A stretch of 64,000 bases of DNA, taken from assembly GCA_030390025.1 (NCBI GenBank), contig CM059430.1:160332001-160396000 (forward strand), in the 5' to 3' direction. A model generated the notes under the pieces. It ran no database searches and was not told the origin of the DNA. It saw only the letters and a program-made list of their open reading frames with translations. Made by a program: the position numbers and the translations under genes. Shown here in pieces: positions 24,973 through 38,830 of the stretch (positions are counted from its first letter, which is position 1; every line of letters starts with the position of its first letter). Source of the stretch: Squalus acanthias (taxonomy: Eukaryota).

Positions 24973-26850
24973 CACAAGAACATTTTTGCCAAATGATAGG
25001 GAATCAGTCTTTCTCATCTCTCTCGCACTTCTTTAACTTTCTCTCTATTTTTAAAATTCTACAATTGTCATTCCTCTGAGCTTTCTTCTTTTGTTCTTCC
25101 TCAGCAGCAAATACTTCTTCCCACATTCTCTTCCTCCTCCCTGCACCATCAGTGTTGAAATCAAGACTCACTCCATAGTCTACTCTATAACTTATTCCTT
25201 CCTAGACCTCCAAACTGTAGACTCTTCACCTCCCTCATCTTTCCTTCCTCCTACAATCTTCAGGTTTTTAAAATCCAAGCTTGGTGTTACCTAATCATTA
25301 CTTTCTGATTGATCTTATTTTCTTTAACCTTGATAATGTCCTGTATTTTTGGATTGTCTCCACCTAGGTTTCTGAGTAAAAAATACTGAAACTACAGGTC
25401 AATTAAATCTCTTTCATGCTTGGGGATGCATACATTTGCTGGTGTATTGTTCTATAGTTAACCCACCTATGTGTCCATTCTTCCATGTGAGTCTAAATAA
25501 TGGGTCTTGATAGGTTATTCAACTGTGAAAGTCTTCATTGCCACACCCACTCTTGTCGTTGCCCAGTATCCACAAATGAACACTTTCCATTAAATGTCAC
25601 TGGATAGGAACCATACACACAGAAGTTCCCAGGCTCATTTTCCAGTCTTTACTCTTTACTATCTCAACTAGAGCAGCAAATCGAGTCTACAATTGGCTTC
25701 AGTGCCTTGGGCTAAAAACAAGAAAATTAGCCAGGATTTCTGATCCTGATCGCCATCCAATGACAACTGATGCAAGGCGCATGTGTGGATTTTGTGTGAG
25801 GACAGGATGCAGCTGAAATGTGATGCCTGCCATAACCTAATAGTCTGGGCTTTACTATCTAATCTTACACATGAAGAATGACCACTTATGTGAGCCAGCA
25901 AAGGGCTGCTGATGCCTTTAGAATCCTACCCCAACAACAGGCAGTGCCTTCAAGGGAGGAAGGGAGATTACAAAGAAATGTACCTTTATCACCTTGTGTT
26001 ATTTTCAGCTTCAGGGTCCTGTCTGTCCATGGTTTCTAATTCAGGAAAGAAAGTTTAGCTCTCTAGTAGCATCTGAACCATCAAAAGGGTTACTGTCTCT
26101 TCTAAGATGACACAGTCCATCATCCAGTCCAGAGTATGTTCCATTGCAGCTGGCGGCACAAGGAAACCCATTTAGGTCACAGTTATCAAAAAAAAAGTCC
26201 TTCAGTACTGCCCTATAACACTGCTAAGTAACTGGTTGACACATTAGTAGGCTATTGATCTATCAGTAGGGTCTCTTGGAACTCAATAAAGACAGTATCT
26301 TGTCTGTTAAGAGCCTGGGGTCAAATAGTGAAAGCACCATAGGCTCGATACTGCTGTGCACTAGAAAGCCAAACTATTTTGTTCTGTTTCATGAATGGCT
26401 TACATTTGAGATGCTTTTGCCTTGAAAGGCCATGGAGGTCACTACTTTTACCACTTGTGCTGACATGGTGAGTTAAGTGTCTTGTCTGTCCATTGTGACT
26501 TGTTCAAAATGGAAGCGCACCTCGAGGCTCAACGCAATGCCAAACATTTTTATCTGTACATTGAAGGCACAGCAAAAATCACAATGGTTCAGTCATGATA
26601 CAAAATTGGTGACTTTGTGAAAGGAAAGCACAATTAAAATGGCATTTTCTTTAAGCTTGTTGCAGATTTTCTAGTGTGTGTGTTTATATATATATATATA
26701 CAGTACTAGGGAAAAGAAATAGGAATTTAAAAAAATTCACACTTAAGCGAACTTTTACGAAAGCAGGTTCACTGGTTTAAACAGTGTCAAGAAAGAATGG
26801 AAGAAACAGCCCATCAGCCCACCAAATTTTCCGACATTTCAATATAGATA

Positions 26851-27275
26851 CAGGAAACTTTTGTTTATCCGGCACCCAAATATCCGGAATTCTCGCTTAA
26901 CCGGCAAAAATCATCCTCCGAAAACTCCTCTCCAATAACCGGCAATGTTGCCGAGTCGCAGTCGAGTCTCCGCGAACGCCGAGTGCTCCGAAAACTCCTC
27001 TCAAATAACCGGCAATGTTGCCGATCCCGAGTCCGAGTCCGAGTCCGCGAACGCCGATTTAGTCAGTAGGGGTACTTTTCAAAAGTGCCACTACTCGGCC
27101 TCCTGGCGCTGTCGGAAGTCCGAAACACTGCAGTAGCAGGAGTTGATTCTCCCGTGCTGCCTGGAGTCTCTTTGTTAAAAATAGCCTCGGTAGATATAAC
27201 TCTCCGTTATCCGGTACTTTCGATAAACCGGCACCACGCCGGTCCCGTCGATGCCGGATAAACGAAAGTTTCCTG
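26851..27275. mobile_element. Tc1/mariner-pogo-type MITE with TA TSD
   Basis: TA|CAGGAAACTTTTGTTTATCCGGCA ... TGCCGGATAAACGAAAGTTTCCTG|TA (24-bp TIR, 1 mismatch). Subterminal TA(T/A)CCGG repeats and an internal duplication of about 70 bp. Confidence 0.9.
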
Positions 27276-27427
27276 TACTGTGAGCCAGTAAACTGCAAAT
27301 CATTAATGTGACATCCATCCGAGGGATTAACAAATGTGATCTAATTACTGTAAACTTGAATGGTAATCAACAACCAATTTATATTTTACTTAGCCTCTTT
27401 CAGATGGAAAGAAGCTTTGGTTTTGCT

Positions 27428-27760
27428 GAAATAAAAACAGAAAATGCTGGAAATACTCAGCAGGTCAGGCAGCATCTGTGGAGAGAGAAACAGAGTTAAC
27501 GTTTCAGGTCGATGACCCTTCGTCAGAACTGGAAAAAGCTGGAGATGTAACAGGTTTTTAAGCAAGTGTAGGGGCAGGGAGAGGGGGGAGGGGAGGAAAG
27601 AACAAAAGGGAAGGTCTGTGATGGGATGGAAGGCAGGAGAGATTAAGAGACATTGAGAGAGATTAAGAAATGGTGCGAGGCTAAAGGAGATGGTAATGGG
27701 ACAAGTGAAGAAACAAAAGATGGCTCTAGATGAAGATTAAATGGCACCGGCAGAATGAAA
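27428..27760 (-). mobile_element. Penelope-like pLTR, second family, with intact hammerhead core; relatives at 12903-13260, 45355-45455, 52230-52530, 54644-54845, 57755-57870 and 58403-58507
   Basis: The minus strand reads agtt-CTGACGA-agGGTC-atc-GACCt-GAAA-CGTT-aact (27493-27530). The copies share an aaaacagaaaatgctggaaatactcagcaggtc end. Confidence 0.75.
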
Positions 27761-27980
27761 GACAGCTGCCATGTGGGAGAGAGAAAGACAGCTGCCATGT
27801 GGTTTTGCTAACTTTCTTTCTGTATCCTCTGTCTGTAATCAAGACAAGGTGTACTTGGTGTGAGGTGAACTAGCCCTCATCAGCTTTCCTTCTCCCTGGG
27901 GTGAGACCTGTTTGATAATAGAAAGACTTTATTCAAAGTATCAAAGAGCAGTCTAATACCACACTGAGTTAACACATATA

Positions 27981-28873
27981 GGGGAAAAAATTCAGTCGCG
28001 CCCCGATTGGGGCGCAAATATCATCCGGGCGCAAAAATTAGCGCCTGGCGCTAATTATCGCCACCGACTGCAAACTTGACTTTTATCGCCCCTGGAGGTG
28101 ATTGCAGCGCTAAATCAGGCGCTTCACACCTGTCTTAAGGCGCAAAGGCCGAGGAGCGAGGCGTTACCTGAGAGCGCTGGCGAAGCTCATGTAATGTCAG
28201 TCAGCAATGGAACACACACACAATGGCACGGGCCAGTTCTTAAAGGGGATGATTAATCTTGCTTTCCATCCACATCCTGCTCATTGCAGCCTTGAATCTC
28301 GGCCTGGAGAGACCTGCACATCAAATGTGCTGGAATGAACAATGGAGAGTACCAGGCAAAGAGCTCAGAGTGCAGCCCCCACAGTCTCTGCTAAATCGAT
28401 ACAAGGAATGGCAAATCAAAATGAACCTGCAAAGTGCTGCTCAGTACCCAAAACTCCTTCATACAACGTTGAATCTCTCCAGAAGTCTCTCCCTCTCTCT
28501 CTCAGAATGCGTAGTTCAAAAATGGCACCAACAATAAAAGGCAGGAAGCGGTCACCTTTAAATAGCGCTCCCCCTTTCCCTTCATGACTGCAGAACGCTC
28601 CCCTCAACCTGTCGTTGCTAGCGTCAGGCGGTAAGGCAGGGGGCGCCACTCAATATCCGCTCCGGGGCGATACCGGGGCGTTGCGCACTCGAGTGACGTC
28701 ATGATCTGCCGACGCAGGAGATCGCGGCGATAAAGTTTAGCGCCGCCGCAAAATGTCTAGTTAAGTTCGCGAGCGGCGCAAACATCGCTGCGCCCGGGCG
28801 CTAGCTGCTTTGCGCCCCATTAGCGCCCTCTTAAGGCGCTAACGGGAGGCGCAACCAACTGAATTTTTCCCCC
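27981..28873. mobile_element. Harbinger-type MITE family B relative
   Basis: GGGGAAAAAATTCAGT ... ACTGAATTTTTCCCCC, rich in TTAGCGCC-type motifs. Confidence 0.8.
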
Positions 28874-31292
28874 TATTAATCCAATGGTTTTAAACAGGCA
28901 GTACACTAATAAACACAAGATTTTTTAGGAACAGGAAAAGACCACTACACCTATTCCATTCCACCAGCGCTGCTTGTCATAAAGCCAAAGGCCATTGATT
29001 GAGAATATGAAGGCTCATCTGCAGAGCATGCACAGGTGTAATGGCACTATTTAATGTCATGATGCACTCAACAGACTCTGCATCTTTAGTGGACCAAGCG
29101 TGAAACCAGTGAATCTGACAACCGCTCACAAGACCCCCAGTGGGTTTCCACTGGGCAACAACAAAGGTCATTCAATGGCAGGAAAACTGTTCCTTTGTTA
29201 TTTGCTGCACTTTAATGTGAAGATACCTTTAACTTCATCTGTTCCACCTCTTAGGATTACTTTCAAAAACAGCACTGAACCAGCAGAGTATACGAATGTA
29301 TCCTACATTCTGTTTAAAGTAATGTACATTGCCCTATACTGACCCTGTGCGTTGCATTTTCCAGCCCTTGAGACTATTTTTGCTGACCTACTTTTGGGCT
29401 GCATTGTCTTGTGAAACTGTGGTTACTAATTACCACATAGAGCAATGTGCGATGGACCAGAACCCTTGCTCCAGGATGCGATGATTTAAAGGTGAACTGC
29501 TTGATACACCAACCACATTCACCAAGGTCATCAAATTGACAAATCCTGCCCTTGTCCAACTCTATGTAAGATATAGTAAATATCCTGTGAGGTCGCAGTG
29601 ATTAAAGCACAGGGGTCAATAGGGCCCGGCCTATGTCAACACATTTTCCAGCAGGAGCCACTTTATAGTGATCAGGAATAGGCTGATTTTCTTTTCCTAA
29701 CCCAAGGTACTGAGGTCAATTGTAGCATCAGAACTACTGCTCCAGCACTAACTGGGGATTGAAGGAGAGACTGCCTGGCTAAATGGCTTCATACTATACC
29801 GGGCAATGCCTATACGCAATCAGCCTACAGAGGAGTTAAAAATAACTTCTGTTTCTTTTAAAAAGAAGTCATTCAACAGCAACTTAACTGTAAGCCTCAT
29901 TATTACTCACCAATCATGTTTCGCTAACCAATTTTTTTTAGCTCTTTGTATTCTAATGAACCTGCTGTGATAATTTACATTTTCCAGGTTGCAAAGCCAT
30001 TTCACAAGCTTTAATTATGAAATGCAACACATACATTGTGTTCTTTTGATACATCTTATGTTTTATTTTTAAAGAGTTCTTTTAAAACCTTTCCATGTCC
30101 TCTAATTAGAAACTGCGCATGAATATTTGATGTTGCTGCCAGGATTGCAGGGAGCTGACATTGATGTATGGTGATTTGATTACTTGAGCTGAAGACTCTC
30201 CTTTAGCTTCTCTGTACCACAGGGAAATCACTGCAGCTTAAAGGGTAGCAGGAAGGTTACGGAAGGGCATTATAGTCAGATCCATTACCGTGGGATATTT
30301 CCCCCCTCTTTGTCTCTTGTTGCTGTTTATTTTTTTCCCCCAAGTCTCTCCCCTTCTCTTGCGAAAGTGCTGACTCTTGATGCAGTATGGATTCGCAGGC
30401 GGCATCAGCTCGCCATCGTGGCCATTCTTCATTTGTGAGTGTTAGCAGGGCTGTTTGGTTATTGAGCCCACCATAGCTGACCCGAACCCTGACCCACCCC
30501 AATATATGCACATGCACACTTTTCCGCAGGGGTAATTGGATAGCGATCAAGAGCAGGAACCCTGGTTTTGATGTTCCCTCTTCTTAGTCAGGGACACTGA
30601 GGCCTTTTGCACCAGCCCTCTCAGCCAGTAAATTTGTCTCTGCCTAAATCCTAATGGTTAAGAGGTTAACCTGTGCGAGTAATTTCTACCCCTTGGAGTC
30701 TGTATTGCAGCAAGGTCAATTGTTAGGGAGATACAGCTAGATTAGATATTAACAGTAACTGCAGAGCATTCTACAGCATAGGCTGAGCAATAGGACTGAG
30801 CTTCCCTCCAATGGCTGATGTGGTAAAAGATGCATGTAACTGAGCCATGGAGACCAGAACATCTCGCGTATGTTTCCACAGACCAGAAGGTCCCAGGTTT
30901 GATTCCCGGTCTGCAGTAAGTTTGATGATCTCAGTCAGGGTGATACTCAGATTACTACAATTGCCCTCAGTGCAGCTGGGCTAAAGAGGGAAAAATAACA
31001 CCAGAGTTCTTAAACACTATCCGGTGAATCCTACAAAATGTACGTGTGGGGGCTTCAAGTGAAGGAAGGATGGCGCTCAGCAGTAATGCCCTCTATGCTC
31101 AAAGAGGCTACTGACACTGATTCTCTAAACTGAGAGATGCAGAATGGTCATTTAAGTGAGGTAAAAAGGGCCAAAGGTGCTTGTGGAATTGTATCCCAGC
31201 AAAAGTCAAGAAAATTAGCAACAAAAATAATCTAAATATTGCTGGCTACTCTGAGGGCTGGGGAGCAGTGACTGACGCAACGGGTTCTTATT

Positions 31293-32007
31293 GGCCCTGA
31301 TTTTGCGGTGGGTATGGCGGCGCACTCTCAGAGTACGCTGTCATACCTCCTTTGAAATCCACCGCAAGTTTAGGATTTCCAAGCGCATGTGCTAAATCCA
31401 GAACTTGCGGTCTGTCAACGAAAAAGCAATTGTTGGCACAGAGGTGGGCTCACCAACTGCCCAGCAATTACGTATGGAAATGTTACAGTTGATGCAAATA
31501 GGCACAGGGCCTGTTTGCATCTGTGTAAGGGGATACCTCAGGCATGCTTTAAACATTTTCATCTCGGAAATCATATAGTTTGACTATGTCAAATGAGTTT
31601 TCCTTGTTTCTGCAAATATTAGAGTTTCAATGATGTCGATAAAATTATCAGCAAAATTAAACTTTTAGTGAAGTTGGTGGAATGAAGCTAATTAGGAATT
31701 AAATTCCAATCCTGTAAATTGGAATTAAAGCTGATTACGGGATTCCATTAAATCTGATTACGGGATTCCCTTCTGAAATGATGTAAAATCTAATTTTATT
31801 TTCTGATTGGAGGACCAGGCCCAAGTGATCACAGGTACGCTTCCGCACAGGCTGCGCCCCTGGGATCTGTGGGCCATTACGCTGCCCTCCGCCTCGCAGC
31901 GTCAGACTGCAAGTTTTCACAGGAGGGCCGCCCTCGGGTAGGTGCGTATTCTTTTCGCAGCTCGGTGGAGCACTCCGGAGGTACGCCACCAACCGCAATT
32001 TTTGGCC
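31293..32007. mobile_element. Harbinger-type MITE
   Basis: GGCCCTGATTTTGCGGT ... ACCGCAATTTTTGGCC termini. Confidence 0.75.
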
Positions 32008-33966
32008 GAATGTAAATAAAGGTTTTGACTTCTCTGGATTCATTGAACAACCCAGAAATGAAAAACACACAACTGACATTTTATTGCCCAAATAGGAATT
32101 TAAAATTTAATGTATTTATTCAGAATGTTAAACTTTGGAGATCAAAGCTTTAAAAACATAAACATTTTAGGAACAGAAAAGGCCAATCCTTTTATTATAT
32201 ATCAACCCCATCTACCCACCATCTCACCATATCCTTTAATCTTTGCTCTCACTAGAAACCATACAAGTGTTAGCATTTCATGAGGACAGTCAGCAAGTAG
32301 GCCCAATTTGTGTATCAGCATTTGCTGACATAAACCAGGCCCTCACCGCCATCACTGCTTGTATTATGAGTGGAAGAAGTCTGGCTCTGTATGTGTTGTT
32401 GGTGTGGTTACAAGAACAGGAGTTCTCACCTACAGTATGCAGTGGCCACAATCACCCCAAGGAGCTGCGAGACTCATGTAGGAGTGGGACTGGTGGGGAA
32501 GGCAAAGGGAAGGGGGAAAATGAAGTGGGGAAGTTGAAATAGGCAGAAACTGGCAGGGGTGCTTTGGGATTGGGGGAGGATGAATGCCAGCTTTAATGGG
32601 GCTTGGAAAAAGTGTCATCTTTAACTGAGGTGGGCGGGGGCTGGGAGGGTAGGAGAATGCCTGCTGGAACTGGATGGGGTGTGGTAGAGAAGTAACAATA
32701 TAACATATTGCGAATTAACCAGAAGGAACCATTTTAGTAGAAAAAAATTCTATTCTCATCTCTTGGGCTTTTTGTCAGCTTTTTGACGTTATTGGTGAAC
32801 TTCTGCTAGTTTTCAAGGTTGTCATGTATGAGAAACACATCCCATTGTCTCTTGCACCAGTTTATACTGTCTGATTCAAGGGCTTTCCTGGTCATTTATT
32901 CCTCAACACTATTACATTTTAAGTGAAAAAGTTCTCCCTGACTTTTCCATTTTATTCCGAACCTAAGTTGCGTTCCCTGCTATTTGAACTGGTATTACAA
33001 CTCATCAGCCCGTATTGGGTGATTTTTTTTTTTCCGTTTCAAACTAACCTTTGAGTGGAGTACTGTGCAGTGGTGGAGCATTCCATCGGGGTGAGAGGGC
33101 GAGAACTTCAGGACCAGTGCCACCCACAGAGGTACCTGTTCTGTCTGTCAGTCAATCAGGGAGGAGCTCTGATAGGGCCACAGCAAAATTTACAGCTCAA
33201 AATAAGACTGGCCACCTAGCAGAAGAACGACGACAGGAAAAAATATGTTGGGGAACCTAAACAGGGTTTTAATAAATCGAAATAAAAGGCTGTGTTAGCT
33301 TCAATGTTTAGATGTTTCAAATATGTCCAACCTTGTGATGACTATACAGCAGCCCTAGCAACCTGGCTTTGGTGCCCCCTGGTGGAATACAGAGTAATAA
33401 CAGTAAATCATTTGGGTTGCCAGAGGTAAGCAAAGCCAGTTGAGAACATGTTAGCAGGAAATTCTAAAGATAAATAGAAATTAAAATAAGAATTTTAACT
33501 ATACCAGTAATCTATGAACTGTGTTGGAGAAATTATTTTATATAGAAAGAATGTGGGATCCGGGGTTCAAAGCAAAAATTCTTCTCTATCTGCTGGCTAC
33601 ATTAGTGAAATTAGTTTGGACAGTCTCAATCCAATTCTTAGTAGCGGGGTTCATTACACAAAACTGCTTTGCTCTGCATCTGACCTGTGCTATAACTGAC
33701 CTGGGAATGCTTGATACTGATTGACAATATATGTTGAGAATGGAAATTGTTCCATTTCACAGCATTTTCATCCTTCACCTTGAGTGCAAAATTTTGGGGA
33801 AAAAACCATTAATATTAGGAATGTGTCACATTCCAGGAAATATCCTAAAAATCTTATTTCTGATAAAAGATGGGATTCCATTGGTTACAGGGTTGGCTTA
33901 TCAGGAGAATTATCTAATGTCGCATTTCACAATATCAAAAAAATCATAGCACTGGAGCTATTACAA

Positions 33967-34270
33967 CACGGTGGCATAGTGGTTAGCACTGTTGCCTCAC
34001 AGCGCCAGGGACCCGGGTTCGAATCCGGTCTCAGGTGACTGTGTGGAGTTTGCACATTCTCCCCTTGTCTGCGTGGGTTTCCTCCGGGTGCTCCGGTTTC
34101 CTCCCACAGTCCAAAGATGTGCGGGTTAGGTTGATTTGGCTATGATAAATTGACCCTTAGTGTTAGGGGGATTAAATATGTGGGGTTACGGGGATAGGGT
34201 GGGATATGTGTCTGTGCAGGCTCGATGGGCCGAAATGGCCTCTATCTGCACTGTGGGGATTCTGTGATAT
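33967..34270 (+). mobile_element. HE1-like V-SINE
   Basis: tRNA head (GGTGGCATAGTGG, GGTTCGAATCC), V-domain tgtgtggagtttgcacattctcccc...gggtttcctccgggtgctccggtttcctccc, and a CR1-like tail. Confidence 0.9.
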
Positions 34271-34878
34271 TAATAGCAAAATGCCATTAACTGGGCAGGG
34301 GAACAATGGATTAAATGAAATCACATAGTTTGACCATTCATTTGTACATTTAATGTGATGAGCTATATAATATTACTTGGCTCCTAAATTGCAAGTAATG
34401 ATGCATGGGTAAAGATCCTGAATAGAGGGATGGAACAGGTGCGGAAGAGTACTTTGTACTGTTTGTTCTATTATATACTCTGTACTGACTAGCTGATCAC
34501 CTGCTCACAGGTAGTCTGATGTCTGGAGCAAAGTTATAGCTTTTAGTGTGGAATTGTGTTTAACCTGGCTTTTTTTTAAATCCATTCTCGGGATGTCACT
34601 GGCAAGGCTGGCATTTGCTGCCCATCCTAAGTTTTCCTAAGAAGGTGGTGGTAGGCTTTCTTCTTGAACCTGCAGTCCGCGCAGTGAAGATGCTCCCACA
34701 ATGTTGCTCGGTAGGGAGTTCCAGGATTTTAACCCAGTGATGATGAACGCCAATAATATGTCCAATTCAGGATGGTGTGTGACTTGGAGGGGAACTTGGA
34801 GGTGATGGTGTTCCTTGCACCATCTAAACAGTAATGAATGTTAAGTACAGGATGCAATAATGAATATTTTTATTTCAG

Positions 34879-35107
34879 ATTCCCTCGGGAGTTCTTCTCC
34901 TACAACCTCCTCATCTCTCCAACCATCTCCCGCCGTTTCAACTCACACATCACAATCAATGAATAGAGACCAATTTCCCTCAACTCAAGATTCTGCAACT
35001 GAAGCCGACTCCAGGAGGAGTGAGTCAGAGTCCACACTGTCCGCTGCCATGCCTCTGGATTATCTTATTTTATCCCAATGCGAGACCAGGTCAATAGATA
35101 TCGTCAG
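34879..35107 (+). CDS. GAB3: GAB3 coding exon 3
   Basis: tttcag| ... AG|gtaaaa, 229 nt, phase 1 to 2. Encodes SSLQPS...SESE...DYLILSQCET (human GAB3 DYLVLSNCET). Confidence 0.93.
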
Positions 35108-36989
35108 GTAAAAGATTTGAGCGGACCAAACAAATAAAATTGTTAATATAGAGGGCCACAGCAATTGTCCTTCTTTGCTACCAATCGCCACCTCAGACAG
35201 AGCTAAACATTCCAGTTGTAATTTTTTTAAATTAGCAATCTTGCTCATTTCCTGTTCATTTCTTACTGGTTCACATATTTAGTTCACAGAATGTTACACC
35301 ATAGTGACATTTTATTGTTTAAACTGATATAAATGCTGCTGACAGAATGTCAGTTAATACTACCTGCAGTATATTTCCTTCCCACCTCCCCTAAAGGCAC
35401 TGACCTTTGCTCGGTATGGTTTCACAGGCTTGGCAGCTCTCTGATACCTTGACCAAGTGGCTGTTCTTTATGTGTGAGTCCGGCCGGTGAATCGTGGCAG
35501 GAAATTTCTCGGTTGAGGGTATCATAACTGAAATTGCTCCTGTTCTTGTCTAATAGTCATGCGTGTACTTTCATGCAGGGACCACTAGATGGCAATCAGA
35601 AGTGAGAACCTTGGCTGATTTCAGCTTCCCCCTCACTCAAGGAAGTGTTGCTCCAACTGCAGTCTGGGCTGCGGTCAGCTAATTCAGTGTGGCTCTGAAC
35701 GGATCCTGCCTCATTTCACTCTGTAAAGCTTAGTGTTATCCATGAAGGCTCAGGGTCACAAGTGCAATTTTCGTCGAGTAATTGATGGACTTGGAGTTAT
35801 AGTAGAAACGGACTTTTATTTAGAAATCTCAGCAACGGGAGCTAGAGAGAGGTTTGCTCATTCACATCAGTGAGTTCCCATTTTCTTCTGTACACAGTGT
35901 GGCATCAGGAGGCACTGAACAGATGTCAGATAACTCTGCACATGGTGCAAACAAAAATTGGAGAGAATGTTTCCCAGACTGCCGTTACATACATCTAGGG
36001 CCAACTCGTAGCTTTATTGGCGGAGGCATGCAAACACAACAGCAGCAGGGCGATTGTGGAGCAGGGAATTCACAAATAAAGAATCTGCTCTTATTTAAAA
36101 GGCTTTAGCCCTCATTTCCTCTTCCAGCTTGCCTCCTTGTGCATGGGTGAAAAGCAAAAATAAAGCACTACATTCGGAGCACACAACCTAGGAATGCCCC
36201 ATTCTAAAGTTTGGCAATAAACTATACAGACCCTGGTTGAATTGCTGTTGTGAGTGAGCTGATCTCAGTGGCGCAGCAGGTGGGGCACAGTAATTGGCTT
36301 TAATGCTCTTGGTTAGAAAAAAACAACAAAAATGATCCTGCCTCTGATCATTATTCAGTGACCTTCCGACTAGAAAGTGTGAATGTGTAGACATTGAGTA
36401 TGGACAGCACTGGCCTCAGCACTGATATCAGTTGAATAAGCTACCAGCTCTCACTATTTAGGCTCACATATGCCTCATGGCATGATACCAAAGGCTGAAA
36501 GCACATGTGGAATTGTACCTTAGAGTCAGCACCTTCAGGAGAGAATGAGAGAAAATTGGAAAAATAAAATACTACTGATGGTGTAAAGCCCATTGAGCCT
36601 AACACTGCTCAAATGGTCAATCTAGTTTCAATTATAATTCCCATCTATTTATTAGACTCCTGATACTCAGGTTGTTAAAAGCAGCATGCATTATGGTTCA
36701 CTATTTGTGATACAGTCTGAACACATCAAGGTTACATCAAGGAATCTGGTCATCATGGTAATTTTTGGTTTGTTATAATTATAACATGTCCTGTTAGTAG
36801 ACTTAATAGGAAAGGTGGGTGAAATATCAATACTGCACTAATAAACAGCTGGATACTGCAATAGGAAAATGGTGGGTTTATATTTTGGAGGGATGAGATC
36901 AAAATAGACCAATCTGAATTTAACTGTGATTTGAAGTGATGTTAGTTAAAATGGTATAATATGTTCGGAATAATCATCAGTTTCCAATA

Positions 36990-37450
36990 GCCACCTGGCA
37001 CTTGAATCAACTTCTCACGTCTTTGTCAGAAGGTTGTGGATTCAAGCCTCACTTCAGGACTTGAAGACATAATCTAGGCTGACATTTCAGTGCAGTTGGA
37101 AAGGAGTGCTGCATTATTCAGATACCAGCCTTCAGATGAAATTTAAACTGAAGCCTCTTCTACTTGTTTCAGTGATTCAGGTGGATGCTCGAGATCCTAC
37201 AGCAGGATTCAGAGAAGAGCAGAATTCTCCTGATGTTCTGGCCAACATTTCTCTTAAACCGATTAACTGTTGTTATTGCTTTCATCTCATTGTTGTTTGT
37301 GAGATCTTGCCATTTACAAAATGGCTGCATGTTGCCGACATAATAACAGTCACTAAATTGTTACCGTAATTTATTGTAAACAAAGTATTTTGAGACGTTT
37401 CTGAGAGACTTGACAGCTGCTATATAACTGCAAGTGTTTTATTCTTTCTC
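36990..37450 (+). mobile_element. Deu-domain SINE (SacSINE-like); other copies at 61620-61970 (-), 63065-63157 (+ head) and 52066-52178 (+ tail)
   Basis: agaaggttgtggattcaag...ctaggctgaca...cagtgcag head, and a gctatataa.tgcaagt tail. Confidence 0.7.
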
Positions 37451-37480
37451 TTTCTGAATCGGATGATTTTCTTTTTGCAG

Positions 37481-37941
37481 AAGCAACAGCTGTTCCCCAT
37501 GTGATAGATCACTCGATTATTCCTTTGAGTTGACAGGATCAGAGGATATTCAGGAGAATCTACAGCCCAAGAGTGGCACCCCAACGCAGACGTCTTGCAG
37601 TGTACCTCTATATAAAAACGTGCAAGATTCACAAATGGTCATTCTTCCCAGCCAAGATCAAAGTGGACCTTCTTCAGCATCCTCATCTCCATTGTCAGTT
37701 TATTCATTCTCGCAGATCTTTAACTTTGACAAAAACCACAATGCTTTGCCCTTTGGTGTCACGGGTATTCATCTTTTGTCCAACACCCCACCCCCACGGC
37801 CACCGAAGCCAAACCAACTAACGGAGCGTGAAAAGCCACACAAGGTGATTCAGAATGGAGATGGTGCCTATGCTGTAAATCCAGCACCAGTACCCAAAAG
37901 AATCCCTCTCTCAAGCCTAGAGAAAACAAGAAGTTGGAAAG
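37481..37941 (+). CDS. GAB3: GAB3 coding exon 4 (Grb2 SH3-binding proline-rich motif)
   Basis: ttttgcag| ... G|gtaata, 461 nt, phase 2 to 1. Encodes SNTPPPRPPKP and VPKRIPLSSLEKTRSWK. Confidence 0.93.
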
Positions 37942-38099
37942 GTAATATTACTGAACCGGATATTGGTGTAGGTCTTGTAGGGCTTTGCTTTGCTCAGGTG
38001 AATAATGTTTATTCAATTTATTAATACCCATTAATATTCCCATATTTTCAGAAGGTAACCCAAAGCAGCTTTTTTAAGCATGCTTCAAATTTTGATGCC

Positions 38100-38830
38100 A
38101 TATAATAAAGTTATCCGTCATCTTCAATCCCCACCAGAATCTCTGTACCCTTCCTCCCTCTACCCTAACCCTAACTCCACCTTCCTCCCTCTACCCTAAC
38201 CCTAACTCCACCTTCCTCCCTCTACCCTAACCCTAACTCCACCTTCCTCCCTCTACCCTAACCCTAACTCCACCTTCCTCCCTCTACCCTAACCCTAACT
38301 CCACCTTCCTCCCTCTACCCTAACCCTAACTCCACCTTCCTCCCTCTACCCTTGCCACTAACTCCACCTACCTCCCTCTACGCTGTCTCAGGCTGACGCA
38401 GACCTTTCACAACCTCAGCATCCTATTCGACCCTGAGCTGATCTTCTGATCCCCATATCCTCTCCATCACAAAGATTGCCTACATTTACCTCTGTAACAG
38501 TACCTTACCTTAGCCCATCTTCCGCTGAAACCCTCATCCAAACCTTTGTCACCTCGACTATTCCAAGGATCTCCTGGCCGACCTCCCATCCTCCACAGTC
38601 CGTAGACCTAAGCCCATGCAAAACTGATGCCCATATCTTATCCTGCGCCAAGTCCTGCTTGCCCATCAACCCCGCTCTCGCTGACCAACATTGCCTCCCA
38701 GCCCCCCACTGATGGCTCAAATTTAAAATTCTCATTCTTGTGTTTATTCCTGATTATCATTCCTGATGTCTCTGTGAAGCATCTTGGGATCTTTCTCTAT
38801 GTTAAAGGTGATATATAAAAACAAGTTGTT
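38100..38830 (+). mobile_element. L2-type LINE 3' fragment
   Basis: Decayed PYLSPSSAETLIQTFVTS and HCLP L2-like segments, with a tail ending tgatatataaaaacaagttgttattatt. Confidence 0.7.
38149..38380. repeat. 31-bp minisatellite, about 7.5 copies, containing (CCCTAA)2
   Basis: Unit CCTTCCTCCCTCTACCCTAACCCTAACTCCA; the first six copies are identical. Confidence 0.95.

Noticed and set aside
38149-38380. CRISPR array or interstitial telomere
   Set aside because: The units are head-to-tail with no unique spacers, and there are only two telomeric hexamers per unit in a eukaryotic intron.
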